Assembly (NCBI GenBank): GCA_016841185.1
Contig: JAENZQ010000013.1
Location: 6,341 to 70,340, forward strand
Direction of reading: 5' to 3'
Source of the DNA: Anaerovorax odorimutans
GTDB lineage: Bacteria > Bacillota > Clostridia > Peptostreptococcales > JAAYPU01
Length of the DNA stretch: 64,000 nt
Shown here: one piece after another, positions 56,390 through 64,000 of the stretch
Position numbering within the stretch: the first letter of the stretch is position 1
How the letters are laid out: every line of letters begins with the position of its first letter
Translations under genes and position numbers: made by a program
Notes under the pieces: model-generated
Database searches by the model: none
What the model was told of the DNA's origin: nothing
The model's input: the letters and a program-made list of their open reading frames with translations, nothing else

Positions 56390-57403
56390 ATGAAGAAAAT
56401 TATATTTTTGGTGATAATTTGTGCAATCGTAATTTTTGGCTATATCATTTTTGATAATATTTTACAGAGCATGACATCACCAATTGATATGGAAAGTACC
56501 GAATATATTGTGGTAGAAATTCCAGCCGGCAGCAGTACCGGTGATATTTCTGAAATATTACAAAGTCACGGTCTCATCCGAAACAATTTTGTGTTTAAGT
56601 ATATGAGTAAAAAAATGAATTACGATGGAAAATATCAGGCAGGTGCTTATGTGCTGGGATATAGCATGTCAATGACGGATATCATGAATATGATGTATAA
56701 GGGCGAAGTGTCAGATAACAATACCATCCGATTCACTATTCCGGAAGGTTATACACTGCAAGATACTGCAAACGCATTACAGAATAAAGGTTTAATGGAT
56801 GCGGAGACCTTTTTATCAGAAACAAAAAATGGCGAATTTTCATATGATTTTCTTGAAGATATCCCCCATGGGCCTAACCGGTTGGAAGGGTTTCTTTTCC
56901 CCGATACTTACGAAGTTTATGTGGATTCAACACCTCATGAAATAATTGATAAGATGCTTTCGAGGTTTGATGAGCTTTTCACAGAAGAGTTCTACAACCG
57001 TGCAAATGAATTGGGATATTCTGTGAAGGATATTGTTACTTTGGCCTCCATCATAGAAAGAGAAGCTTTGTTGGATAGTGAAAGAACCGTTGTTTCAAGT
57101 GTGTTCCACAATCGTCTGAATATAGATATGGCGCTTCAATCCTGTGCTACGGTACAATATATTTTAGGAGAGGCAAAACCTAATTTAAGTATTGCGGATA
57201 CAAAAATAGAATCGCCATATAATACTTATCTGCACAGAGGGTTGCCGCCGGGGCCTATTGCATCACCAGGTCTGGCATCTTTACAAGCAGCTCTTTATCC
57301 CGCAGATACAAATTATATGTATTTTGTGGCAAAGGGTGACGGATCACATGCATTTGCAGAGACTTATGGGGAATTTTTAAAATATAAAAACCAGTATAGG
57401 TGA
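56390..57403 (+). CDS. mltG: Endolytic murein transglycosylase MltG (YceG-like)
   Basis: 337 aa with an N-terminal TM helix. EGFLFPDTY and LASIIEREA are YceG-family motifs. Confidence 0.9.
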   Translation: MKKIIFLVIICAIVIFGYIIFDNILQSMTSPIDMESTEYIVVEIPAGSSTGDISEILQSHGLIRNNFVFKYMSKKMNYDGKYQAGAYVLGYSMSMTDIMNMMYKGEVSDNNTIRFTIPEGYTLQDTANALQNKGLMDAETFLSETKNGEFSYDFLEDIPHGPNRLEGFLFPDTYEVYVDSTPHEIIDKMLSRFDELFTEEFYNRANELGYSVKDIVTLASIIEREALLDSERTVVSSVFHNRLNIDMALQSCATVQYILGEAKPNLSIADTKIESPYNTYLHRGLPPGPIASPGLASLQAALYPADTNYMYFVAKGDGSHAFAETYGEFLKYKNQYR

Positions 57404-57406
57404 AAA

Positions 57407-58057
57407 ATGAGTATTATTATAAACGATTTGGTTGAAGCATATATAGAAGGATTGTATAGAAGCCGTAATAATTTTTTAAAAAATTTAAGAGAAGGAGCTG
57501 AACGAGAAGGGGTACCGATTATTACTAAAGATACGGAAAATTTTCTGTCCGTATTACTTTCCATTCATAGACCTGAAAGAATCCTGGAAATTGGAACAGC
57601 TGTAGGTTATTCAGCTATTTTTTCCGCCTCTGTTATTTCCAAAACAAAAATTATTTCCGTTGAGATGGACGAACATATGTATGAAAGGGCTCTTATTAAT
57701 ATTGAAGCATCACAAATGGAGAACAGAATCAGTGTTCTTAAGGGTGATGCAAGGGAGATTATTTCTGATTTGAATGAATCCTTTGATATGGTTTTTATTG
57801 ATGCCGCAAAAGGTCATTACAAATCTTTTTTTGAAGGAAGTCTTAAACTTCTGAAACCAAAAGGTATTATTGTATCGGATAATGTTCTTTATAAAGGTAT
57901 GACAGCATCAAATGAGTTTTTACTAAAAAGAAAAAGAACTATTGTAAAAAGGATGCGGGCTTATTTGGAATATCTTTATCACCATACAGAATTTGAAACT
58001 GCAATACTTTCAATAGGCGATGGCGTTGCAGTCAGTGTTAGAAAGGTCGAAGAGTAA
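57407..58057 (+). CDS. Class I SAM-dependent O-methyltransferase (YrrM/TrmR-like)
   Basis: 216 aa with ILEIGTAVGYS (SAM motif I) and FDMVFIDAAK. It is followed by a U32 peptidase gene, as in the Bacillus yrrM-yrrNO arrangement. Confidence 0.8.
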   Translation: MSIIINDLVEAYIEGLYRSRNNFLKNLREGAEREGVPIITKDTENFLSVLLSIHRPERILEIGTAVGYSAIFSASVISKTKIISVEMDEHMYERALINIEASQMENRISVLKGDAREIISDLNESFDMVFIDAAKGHYKSFFEGSLKLLKPKGIIVSDNVLYKGMTASNEFLLKRKRTIVKRMRAYLEYLYHHTEFETAILSIGDGVAVSVRKVEE

Positions 58058-58060
58058 TAT

Positions 58061-59287
58061 ATGAAAAAGATTGAACTTCTGGCGCCGGCCGGAGATCTTG
58101 AAAAACTTAAAATTGCTGTTGAATATGGTGCAGATGCTGTCTATTTTGGCGGGGAAAGCTTTGGGCTGCGTGCGGCAGCCAGAAACCTAACTGTGGATGA
58201 AATAAGAGAAGGTGTTCAATATGCTCATAAAAAAGGCAGACGTGCTTATCTTACTTTGAATATTTTCGCCCATAATGATGATATCAACGGGTTAACAGAA
58301 TTTTTGAATAAAATAAAAAATATTTCCATTGATGCCGTTATCATGTCTGATCCGGGGATGATATTTCTGATTAAAGAGAAAATGCCGGGTACAGAAATCC
58401 ATTTAAGTACACAAGCCAACACCACTAATTATAAGAGTGCGGAATTTTGGTTCAGGCAAGGGATCAAACGTATCGTCCTATCAAGAGAACTTTCATTGAA
58501 AGAAATTAAAGAAATACGTGAAAAGGCACCTGAAGATTTGGAGCTTGAAACATTTATCCATGGGGCCATGTGTATTTCTTATTCCGGAAGATGTTTGCTG
58601 AGCAATTATATGGCAGGCAGAGATGCTAACAGAGGTGCATGTGCACATCCGTGCCGGTGGCATTATTATCTGGTGGAGGAGCAAAGACCGGGTGAATACA
58701 TTCCGGTAAGTGAGGATGAGCGAGGGACTTATTTCTTTAATTCAAAAGATCTTTGCCTTATAGATCATATACCCCAATTAGTCGATTCAGGTATTGGAAG
58801 CCTTAAAATTGAAGGGCGAATGAAGAGTATTTTTTATGTTGCCGTAATTGTAGGGACATATCGAAAGGCTATCGATACCTATTATAAAGATCCTGACAAT
58901 TATAAGTCTGATCCTCAATGGATGGAAGAACTAAAAAAAGTAAGCCACCGAAACTTTACCACAGGATTTTACTTTGGTAAACCTGAAGGCGCTGATCAGA
59001 ATTATGATACCGGCAGCTATATACGAGATTATGATTTTTTAGGTTTGGTTAAATCTTATGATGAAAAAACAGGATTTGCAATAATAGAACAGAGAAATAA
59101 AATCAGTATAGGGGATTCGGTTGAAATATTCGGGCCATACTCAGATTATTTTACCCAGACCATTGATATAATTCTGGATGAAAAGGATGAACCCATAGAA
59201 TCTGCACCCCATGCACAGCAGATCATAAAAATCAGAACGGTGAGACCCGTATCGGAAAATTATATGCTAAGAGGCAGAAGGATTTAA
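58061..59287 (+). CDS. Peptidase U32 family protein (YrrO/TrhP-like)
   Basis: 408 aa. ETFIHGAMCISYSGRCLLS matches the U32 signature. Confidence 0.85.
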   Translation: MKKIELLAPAGDLEKLKIAVEYGADAVYFGGESFGLRAAARNLTVDEIREGVQYAHKKGRRAYLTLNIFAHNDDINGLTEFLNKIKNISIDAVIMSDPGMIFLIKEKMPGTEIHLSTQANTTNYKSAEFWFRQGIKRIVLSRELSLKEIKEIREKAPEDLELETFIHGAMCISYSGRCLLSNYMAGRDANRGACAHPCRWHYYLVEEQRPGEYIPVSEDERGTYFFNSKDLCLIDHIPQLVDSGIGSLKIEGRMKSIFYVAVIVGTYRKAIDTYYKDPDNYKSDPQWMEELKKVSHRNFTTGFYFGKPEGADQNYDTGSYIRDYDFLGLVKSYDEKTGFAIIEQRNKISIGDSVEIFGPYSDYFTQTIDIILDEKDEPIESAPHAQQIIKIRTVRPVSENYMLRGRRI

Positions 59288-59312
59288 TCCTTTCTTCTGC
59301 CAATAATTTTTT
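59273..59312 (+). terminator. Intrinsic terminator overlapping the U32 gene stop
   Basis: GGCAGAAGGA tttaa TCC tttCTTCTGCC, then AATAATTTTTT. Confidence 0.5.
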
Positions 59313-59421
59313 CATGAGTATTCTTAAATAATTTTATGTTGATTGCCGACTTGATTTCCGCATACCTTTATGATCAATTTTGGTTTCTGCAAATTTGAGT
59401 TGCCAATTAAGCCCCTTAATA

Positions 59422-60126
59422 TTACTTATATAAATCCATAGCCAGATGCTTCAGTTGGTTTTCATCGGTTATTTCATAATATTTTTTTTTCTTACTGAGT
59501 ATATTTTGATTGCAGAACTGATCCAATGTTCTGATTAAATGCCTGTAACTGGTTCCTAAAAGTTCTGCAATTTCCGAAAGGTTTTCCTTGAAAATGAAAT
59601 GAGGCCGATTTTCTTCGTTTATAAGATAGCTGGTCTTAGAAATATAACCGGCCAATTTATTTTTTAGGGGATAAAGTTGATTGATAGAGCTGTTAAGGGT
59701 AATACGGCTGAGCTTTTCTGCTAAAAGACAAGAGATGTTTTTCAAAAAAATAGGATCATCCAGTAAAAATTCTCTGACTTTATTTCTGGGGATACCAATG
59801 CAATAAACGTCATCTATGGCCTGGGCATTTGTTGTAAAACTATTTGAATTGAAAAGCTCTACTTCTCCGAGGATATTAAAATTTTCATAAAAACACAACA
59901 ATAATCTTTTTCCGTTGCTTAATGTCTGATATATTTTTGCTTTTCCTTCAAGAAAAAAATAAAAGTAAGAAAAGGTCTCGCCTGATTGAAAGATATATTC
60001 GTTTCTTACAAAATGATAAAGAACCATATAATCCATATAATCAGAAATATCTTCGGAAAAAAAGTTGGAAATCTGAAATTTTTCAATATAATCATGAAGC
60101 TTTTTCCGGTTTTTTATTTTCTCCAT
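59422..60126 (-). CDS. Crp/Fnr-family transcriptional regulator
   Basis: 234 aa with a cNMP-binding-like beta-roll (FFLEGKAKIY...LGEVELF) and a C-terminal HTH (LSEIAELLGTSYRHLIRTL). Confidence 0.85.
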   Translation of the reverse strand: MEKIKNRKKLHDYIEKFQISNFFSEDISDYMDYMVLYHFVRNEYIFQSGETFSYFYFFLEGKAKIYQTLSNGKRLLLCFYENFNILGEVELFNSNSFTTNAQAIDDVYCIGIPRNKVREFLLDDPIFLKNISCLLAEKLSRITLNSSINQLYPLKNKLAGYISKTSYLINEENRPHFIFKENLSEIAELLGTSYRHLIRTLDQFCNQNILSKKKKYYEITDENQLKHLAMDLYK

Positions 60127-60156
60127 TATCTTCTCCTATAATCATAATTAATAATT

Positions 60157-60204
60157 TAATTATGACATATGTCATAATTAAACTCAAATTTTTTGTGCTA
60201 TAAT
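60157..60204. promoter_or_regulatory. Perfect 24-bp palindrome (candidate Crp/Fnr-family box) plus an extended -10 promoter for the divergent DMT/nitroreductase genes
   Basis: TAATTATGACATATGTCATAATTA (60157-60180) is its own reverse complement. TGCTATAAT lies at 60196-60204. The palindrome centre is about 42 nt upstream of the inferred start site, a class II-like geometry. Confidence 0.55.
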
Positions 60205-60243
60205 ATTTTAGCTCAAGTCAAACAAGAAGGAGATGAGATATCA

Positions 60244-60675
60244 ATGGTTGGAATTGTTTTTTCTATTATTGCCGGTATATTTATAAGCTTTCAGGGTGTT
60301 TTCAATACACGGGTCAGTGAAAAAATCGGGCTCTGGGAAACTAATACCATTGTTATGGGGAGCGGATTTTTTATTGCAGCATTGCTGATGTTTATATTTG
60401 GAAACGGAAGCCTTGAAAATATTGGAGAGATCAACAAATTGTATCTATTAGGAGGAGTACTTGGTGTTGCTATTGTTTTTTGTGTTATGAAAGGCATTGC
60501 CCTTTTGGGGACAACTTATTCCATTGCCATTATTATCATTACTCAGCTTATAATGTGCTCTATCATCGATACATTAGGGTTATTTGAAAATCCTCCAATT
60601 AGATTTGATTTTACAAAGCCTTTAGGCGTTGCGATCATGATATTTGGGTTGATCATCTTTAAGTTAAGAGGATAG
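60244..60675 (+). CDS. DMT-superfamily small membrane transporter (DUF606/YdcZ-like)
   Basis: An AAGGAGATGAG RBS precedes ATG 60244. 143 aa with 5 hydrophobic helices. Confidence 0.65.
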   Translation: MVGIVFSIIAGIFISFQGVFNTRVSEKIGLWETNTIVMGSGFFIAALLMFIFGNGSLENIGEINKLYLLGGVLGVAIVFCVMKGIALLGTTYSIAIIIITQLIMCSIIDTLGLFENPPIRFDFTKPLGVAIMIFGLIIFKLRG

Positions 60676-60724
60676 ATACAAGGATATTTTTTAAAATAGA
60701 AGTGTAAATTGGGAGGTGGTGTCT

Positions 60725-61483
60725 ATGGATACTCAAAATTTGTACAATACAATCTTTAAACGAAAATCTGTAAGAAAATATGACTTAACGCCTTTACCGG
60801 AAGCGGATTTATCAAAAGTGTCCGAGCATATACAGGCATTAAAGACTTTGATTCCCGGCGTCAGATCAAAAATAGATATTCTGTCGAGCCGTGAGATTAA
60901 GAACTTGACGCCTGTCAAAGCACCACATTATTTGGTGTTTTTTTCGGAGGAAAAGGATGGGTTTTTGACAAATGCGGGATTTATATTGCAGCAGATGGAC
61001 CTGTTCCTATCCTCAAACGGAATCGGCAGTTGCTGGATAGGAATGGCAAAACCTCAAAGAGAAATATTGAAAAAATCAGAATTGGATTTTGTTATTATGT
61101 TGGCTTTTGGTAAGCCAAAAGAACCCATATACAGAAAGGACATATGGGAGTTTAAAAGAAAGCCCTTAGAAGAAATCACAAATATTTCAGGATCAAATGA
61201 ATTATTGGAGCCGGTTCGCTTAGCACCTTCGGCAACCAACAGCCAGCCCTGGTATTTTATCGGGGAAGATAATAAAATACATGTGTACTGTATAAAGGCA
61301 AAGGCTTTAAAATCGGTTTTGTATGAAAAAGTAAACAAAATCGATATGGGCATTGCCCTGTGCCATTTGTGGATAGCTGCGGAATACTTTCAGAAAAACA
61401 TGGATATTATTTATGATGACCCGGCTCGAAAGGCAATTCCTGCAGGATACTTTTACATTGCTACCGTTATCATAGAACAATAA
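60725..61483 (+). CDS. Nitroreductase-family protein
   Basis: A GGGAGGTGG RBS precedes ATG 60725. IFKRKSVRKY and RLAPSATNSQPW are nitroreductase-fold motifs. Confidence 0.8.
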   Translation: MDTQNLYNTIFKRKSVRKYDLTPLPEADLSKVSEHIQALKTLIPGVRSKIDILSSREIKNLTPVKAPHYLVFFSEEKDGFLTNAGFILQQMDLFLSSNGIGSCWIGMAKPQREILKKSELDFVIMLAFGKPKEPIYRKDIWEFKRKPLEEITNISGSNELLEPVRLAPSATNSQPWYFIGEDNKIHVYCIKAKALKSVLYEKVNKIDMGIALCHLWIAAEYFQKNMDIIYDDPARKAIPAGYFYIATVIIEQ

Positions 61484-61569
61484 TTGATATAGACAAGAGG
61501 AAAAAACTGAGTTACCATTAAATGTATACGGTATGCAATATATAAGATACAATAAAAGGAAGGTCATAG

Positions 61570-62343
61570 ATGAATAAGGATAAATTGTCAAATACAGAGA
61601 AGGTTATCGAAATACTGATGGTATTGAGCCGGGAACCGTATAATTACAAAGCTGTAGATATCAGCCATTTGTCCGGAATCAATCGAACGACAATCCATCG
61701 AATATTATCTGTGCTTATTCAGCATGGTTTCGTGATACAGGAGGAAGCCAGCAAACTGTATAAAATCGGACCCATGCTATACAATATCGGATCTGTATAT
61801 TTAAACAGCTTCAGTTATGAAGACAAAGTACTTGAAATCCTCAACAAAATTTCTCAACGGGTAAGGGAGTCCGTTGGCTATGCCGTAATGGATAATGAAA
61901 AAGTAATCAATCTTTATGCTGTAGAAATGTATCAGCCGCTGAAGATGAATTATCGACCTGGATGGCTTTATCCTATGAATAGAGGATCTTACGGAAAATG
62001 CTTATGGGCGTATTATCCGGATCAGGAGAGAGTGAAAGAGCTGCTTTATTCTCAGAAGTTTGAGAAACTCTACCCCAATACACTTACGGAGCCGGAAGAG
62101 ATCCTTAAAGAATATGAAAATATCCGGAAACAGGGGTATGTCATCAGTGACGAAGAGACTTTCGGGCCCTCCGTAGTAGGTGTAGGGGTACCGGTATTTA
62201 ATACAAAAGGTGAAGTGAAAGCCTGTATTGCATTGGCTTTTATAAAAGGCAATGATTATAAGGAAAAAATTGAGGAATTCAAGGAAGTACTCCTGTCTCA
62301 TTCGAAGGAACTGACAAAGTATATGCCAAATAATTATTTATAA
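61570..62343 (+). CDS. IclR-family transcriptional regulator
   Basis: 257 aa with an N-terminal wHTH (KVIEILMVLSREP...ISHLSGINRTTIHRILSVL) and a C-terminal IclR effector domain. Confidence 0.85.
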   Translation: MNKDKLSNTEKVIEILMVLSREPYNYKAVDISHLSGINRTTIHRILSVLIQHGFVIQEEASKLYKIGPMLYNIGSVYLNSFSYEDKVLEILNKISQRVRESVGYAVMDNEKVINLYAVEMYQPLKMNYRPGWLYPMNRGSYGKCLWAYYPDQERVKELLYSQKFEKLYPNTLTEPEEILKEYENIRKQGYVISDEETFGPSVVGVGVPVFNTKGEVKACIALAFIKGNDYKEKIEEFKEVLLSHSKELTKYMPNNYL

Positions 62344-62397
62344 TTTTTAAACAAATATTTCGCTTTTCGCAAAGTCGAAAGTAGAGGCGTTAACTCT

Positions 62398-62426
62398 TTA
62401 GCATGTATATACATGCTAATTTTTTT
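62398..62426 (+). terminator. Intrinsic terminator after the IclR gene
   Basis: TTAGCATGTA ta TACATGCTAA followed by T7. Confidence 0.75.
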
Positions 62427-62490
62427 GTTATATTTTAAAGGATTAGAACCTTATATTCACTGAATTTTCTAAATATTTTTAAGAAATAAA

Positions 62491-62519
62491 TTGATTAACC
62501 GGAAAGGGTCTGATATAAT
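62491..62519 (+). promoter_or_regulatory. Sigma-A promoter candidate for the YfcC-type carrier gene
   Basis: TTGATT (62491-62496), a 17-nt spacer, and an extended -10 TGATATAAT (62511-62519). Confidence 0.55.
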
Positions 62520-62526
62520 ATATTCA

Positions 62527-62560
62527 GTTCATTATATGAACTTGAGTTCACATGATGAAC
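62527..62560. promoter_or_regulatory. Two tandem palindromic operators (candidate IclR sites) at the transcription start
   Basis: GTTCAT tat ATGAAC (62527-62541) and GTTCAC atg ATGAAC (62546-62560), immediately downstream of the -10. Confidence 0.5.
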
Positions 62561-62662
62561 AATAGACTTTTGTACAAATCCAGTGATGAAGGAATCAGAT
62601 GAAAGGAGGTAAGAAGTGTATAAAAGTTATTGAAGTTTATTCGTGGATAGGAGGTTTAATCT

Positions 62663-64000
62663 ATGACGGAATCCAACGTAAATTTAGAACAACCTAAGAA
62701 AAAAAGGACTTTCAGAATACCACATGTTTATGTTTTATTGATTATCATTATGCTGATTGCGACCATTGCTTCATATTTGATACCCGCAGGAGAATATGCC
62801 AGGGTAAGTGATGAAGCAACCGGCAGAATGATTATTGATGCCAGTTCTTTTCAATTAATTGAAAGGACACCTGTAGGGTTGTTTGATTTGGCTCTGGCCA
62901 TACCTGAAGGTATGGCTGCTGCTGTGGATATCATATTTCTTGTAATTTTAGTTGTTGCGTCATTTGAGATTGTCAATGCTACCGGTGCATTCAACACCGG
63001 AATTGCTTATCTTGTAAAAAAGCTTGCCAATAAAGAATCCATTGTAATCATTGGCGTGACATGTCTTTTTTCAATAATCGGTGCTTTTCTCGGGTGGGCT
63101 GAAGGTGTTTTGGTTTTTATACCTCTTGGCGTTGCCTTATCAAAAGCCATGGGTTATGATGCTTTATTAGGTATGGGTATGGTGGTCCTCGGTACCGGAG
63201 CAGGATTTGCAGGAGGCGTCCTCAATATTTATACTGTCGGTGTTGCACAGTCTATTGCAAAGCTTCCTCTTTTCTCCGGGATGGGTTTCAGGTTTGCAGC
63301 GTATGTTGTTTTTACGTTTATCACCATCATTTTTTTGCTGGTATATGCGAGAAAGGTTAAGAAAAACCCTGAAATAAGTCCGGTACACGGAGTGCAATTG
63401 GCAAATTTGGAGGAAATTGACCTTAATGATATACCACAATTTACTACAAGACAAAAAAGCGTTATTTTAGTTGTTATAATCGGTTTTGCAATTTGTGTTT
63501 ACGGAACCATGAACTGGGGATGGTATTTACGGCAGATTTCAGCACTATTTATTATCATAGGAATTGTTGCAGGTTTTGTTGGCGGATTTAAACCAAGTGA
63601 AATGGCTGAACATTTTGCTAATGGTGCAAAAGGTATTATTTTTGGCGCCATCACCATTGGTCTTGCAAGAGGGATTCTTATTGTGATGGAAAAAGGTCAT
63701 GTTATTGATTCCGTGATACATTCATTGGCAGAACTTGTGCAGGGTATGCCGACTATTTCTGCTGCTTGGGGGATGTACGTTATACAATTAGTGATGAATT
63801 TCTTTATACCATCCGGCAGCGGTCAGGCCGTAACGACAATGCCCATCATGGCTCCGTTGGCAGATATTGTTGGAACGACGCGGCAGGTTGCTGTTCTGGC
63901 TTACCAGTATGGAGATGCCTTTACCAATGCTTTTTTCCCAACATCCGGGGTATTGTTAGCCGGGCTTGCAATAGCGGGAGGTATTCCCTGGGATAAATGG
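62663..64000 (+). CDS. YfcC/DcuC-like anaerobic C4-dicarboxylate/amino-acid carrier family membrane protein (3' end outside the window)
   Basis: Not in the ORF track because no stop lies inside the window. A GGAGG RBS precedes ATG 62663. Hand translation gives MTESNVNLEQPKKKRTFRIPHVYVLLIIIMLIATIASYLIPAGEYARV...FFIPSGSGQAVTTMPIMAPLAD, open for 446 codons to the window end. Confidence 0.8.
   Translation, partial: MTESNVNLEQPKKKRTFRIPHVYVLLIIIMLIATIASYLIPAGEYARVSDEATGRMIIDASSFQLIERTPVGLFDLALAIPEGMAAAVDIIFLVILVVASFEIVNATGAFNTGIAYLVKKLANKESIVIIGVTCLFSIIGAFLGWAEGVLVFIPLGVALSKAMGYDALLGMGMVVLGTGAGFAGGVLNIYTVGVAQSIAKLPLFSGMGFRFAAYVVFTFITIIFLLVYARKVKKNPEISPVHGVQLANLEEIDLNDIPQFTTRQKSVILVVIIGFAICVYGTMNWGWYLRQISALFIIIGIVAGFVGGFKPSEMAEHFANGAKGIIFGAITIGLARGILIVMEKGHVIDSVIHSLAELVQGMPTISAAWGMYVIQLVMNFFIPSGSGQAVTTMPIMAPLADIVGTTRQVAVLAYQYGDAFTNAFFPTSGVLLAGLAIAGGIPWDKW

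Overview
AT-rich chromosomal segment with the gene content and order of a spore-forming Firmicute of the class Clostridia. Supporting markers are SCIFF, an alpha/beta SASP, SpoIID, HemZ and an IspH-S1 fusion. About 60 genes are present, almost all on the + strand, and most are core housekeeping. In order: NlpC/P60 hydrolase and a SPOR protein; a five-gene DRTGG/GHKL-ATPase/PHP module; acyl-CoA dehydrogenase with etfBA; a decayed insertion (orphan Rhs C-terminal fragment plus a deleted Y1-transposase remnant); and xpt with a BMP-type nucleoside ABC transporter. Next come a SASP, a PLC-like protein, a GT4 glycosyltransferase, namA, a HAD hydrolase, csoR, rarA, ispH-rpsA, recN and argR. The rest follows common Firmicute order: ruvCAB, spoIID-like, queA-tgt, yajC, SCIFF peptide and radical-SAM maturase, secDF, apt, relA, dtd, hemZ, hisS-aspS, nadD-yqeK-rsfS-leuS, rnj, efp, mltG and an O-methyltransferase/U32 peptidase pair. 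The window ends with two small regulator-linked units (Crp/Fnr with DMT and nitroreductase; IclR with a YfcC-type carrier cut by the window end). No rRNA, tRNA or CRISPR array was recognised. Points worth a second look: (1) the translationally coupled DRTGG-ATPase-DRTGG-PHP-ATPase module of unknown function next to a Rex-box-controlled Bcd/Etf operon whose EtfA carries a 2x[4Fe-4S] domain; (2) a dense family of modular, often heptamer-periodic intergenic repeat elements present in at least 12 intergenic gaps, several inside otherwise conserved operons; (3) an in-frame TGA at a conserved Trp codon of the normally essential nadD; (4) the SCIFF precursor gene, absent from the ORF track, with its maturase; (5) an unusual hisS leader; (6) clear candidate operators for the Crp/Fnr and IclR regulators. 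All functional calls rest on motif recognition by eye. No database search was run.
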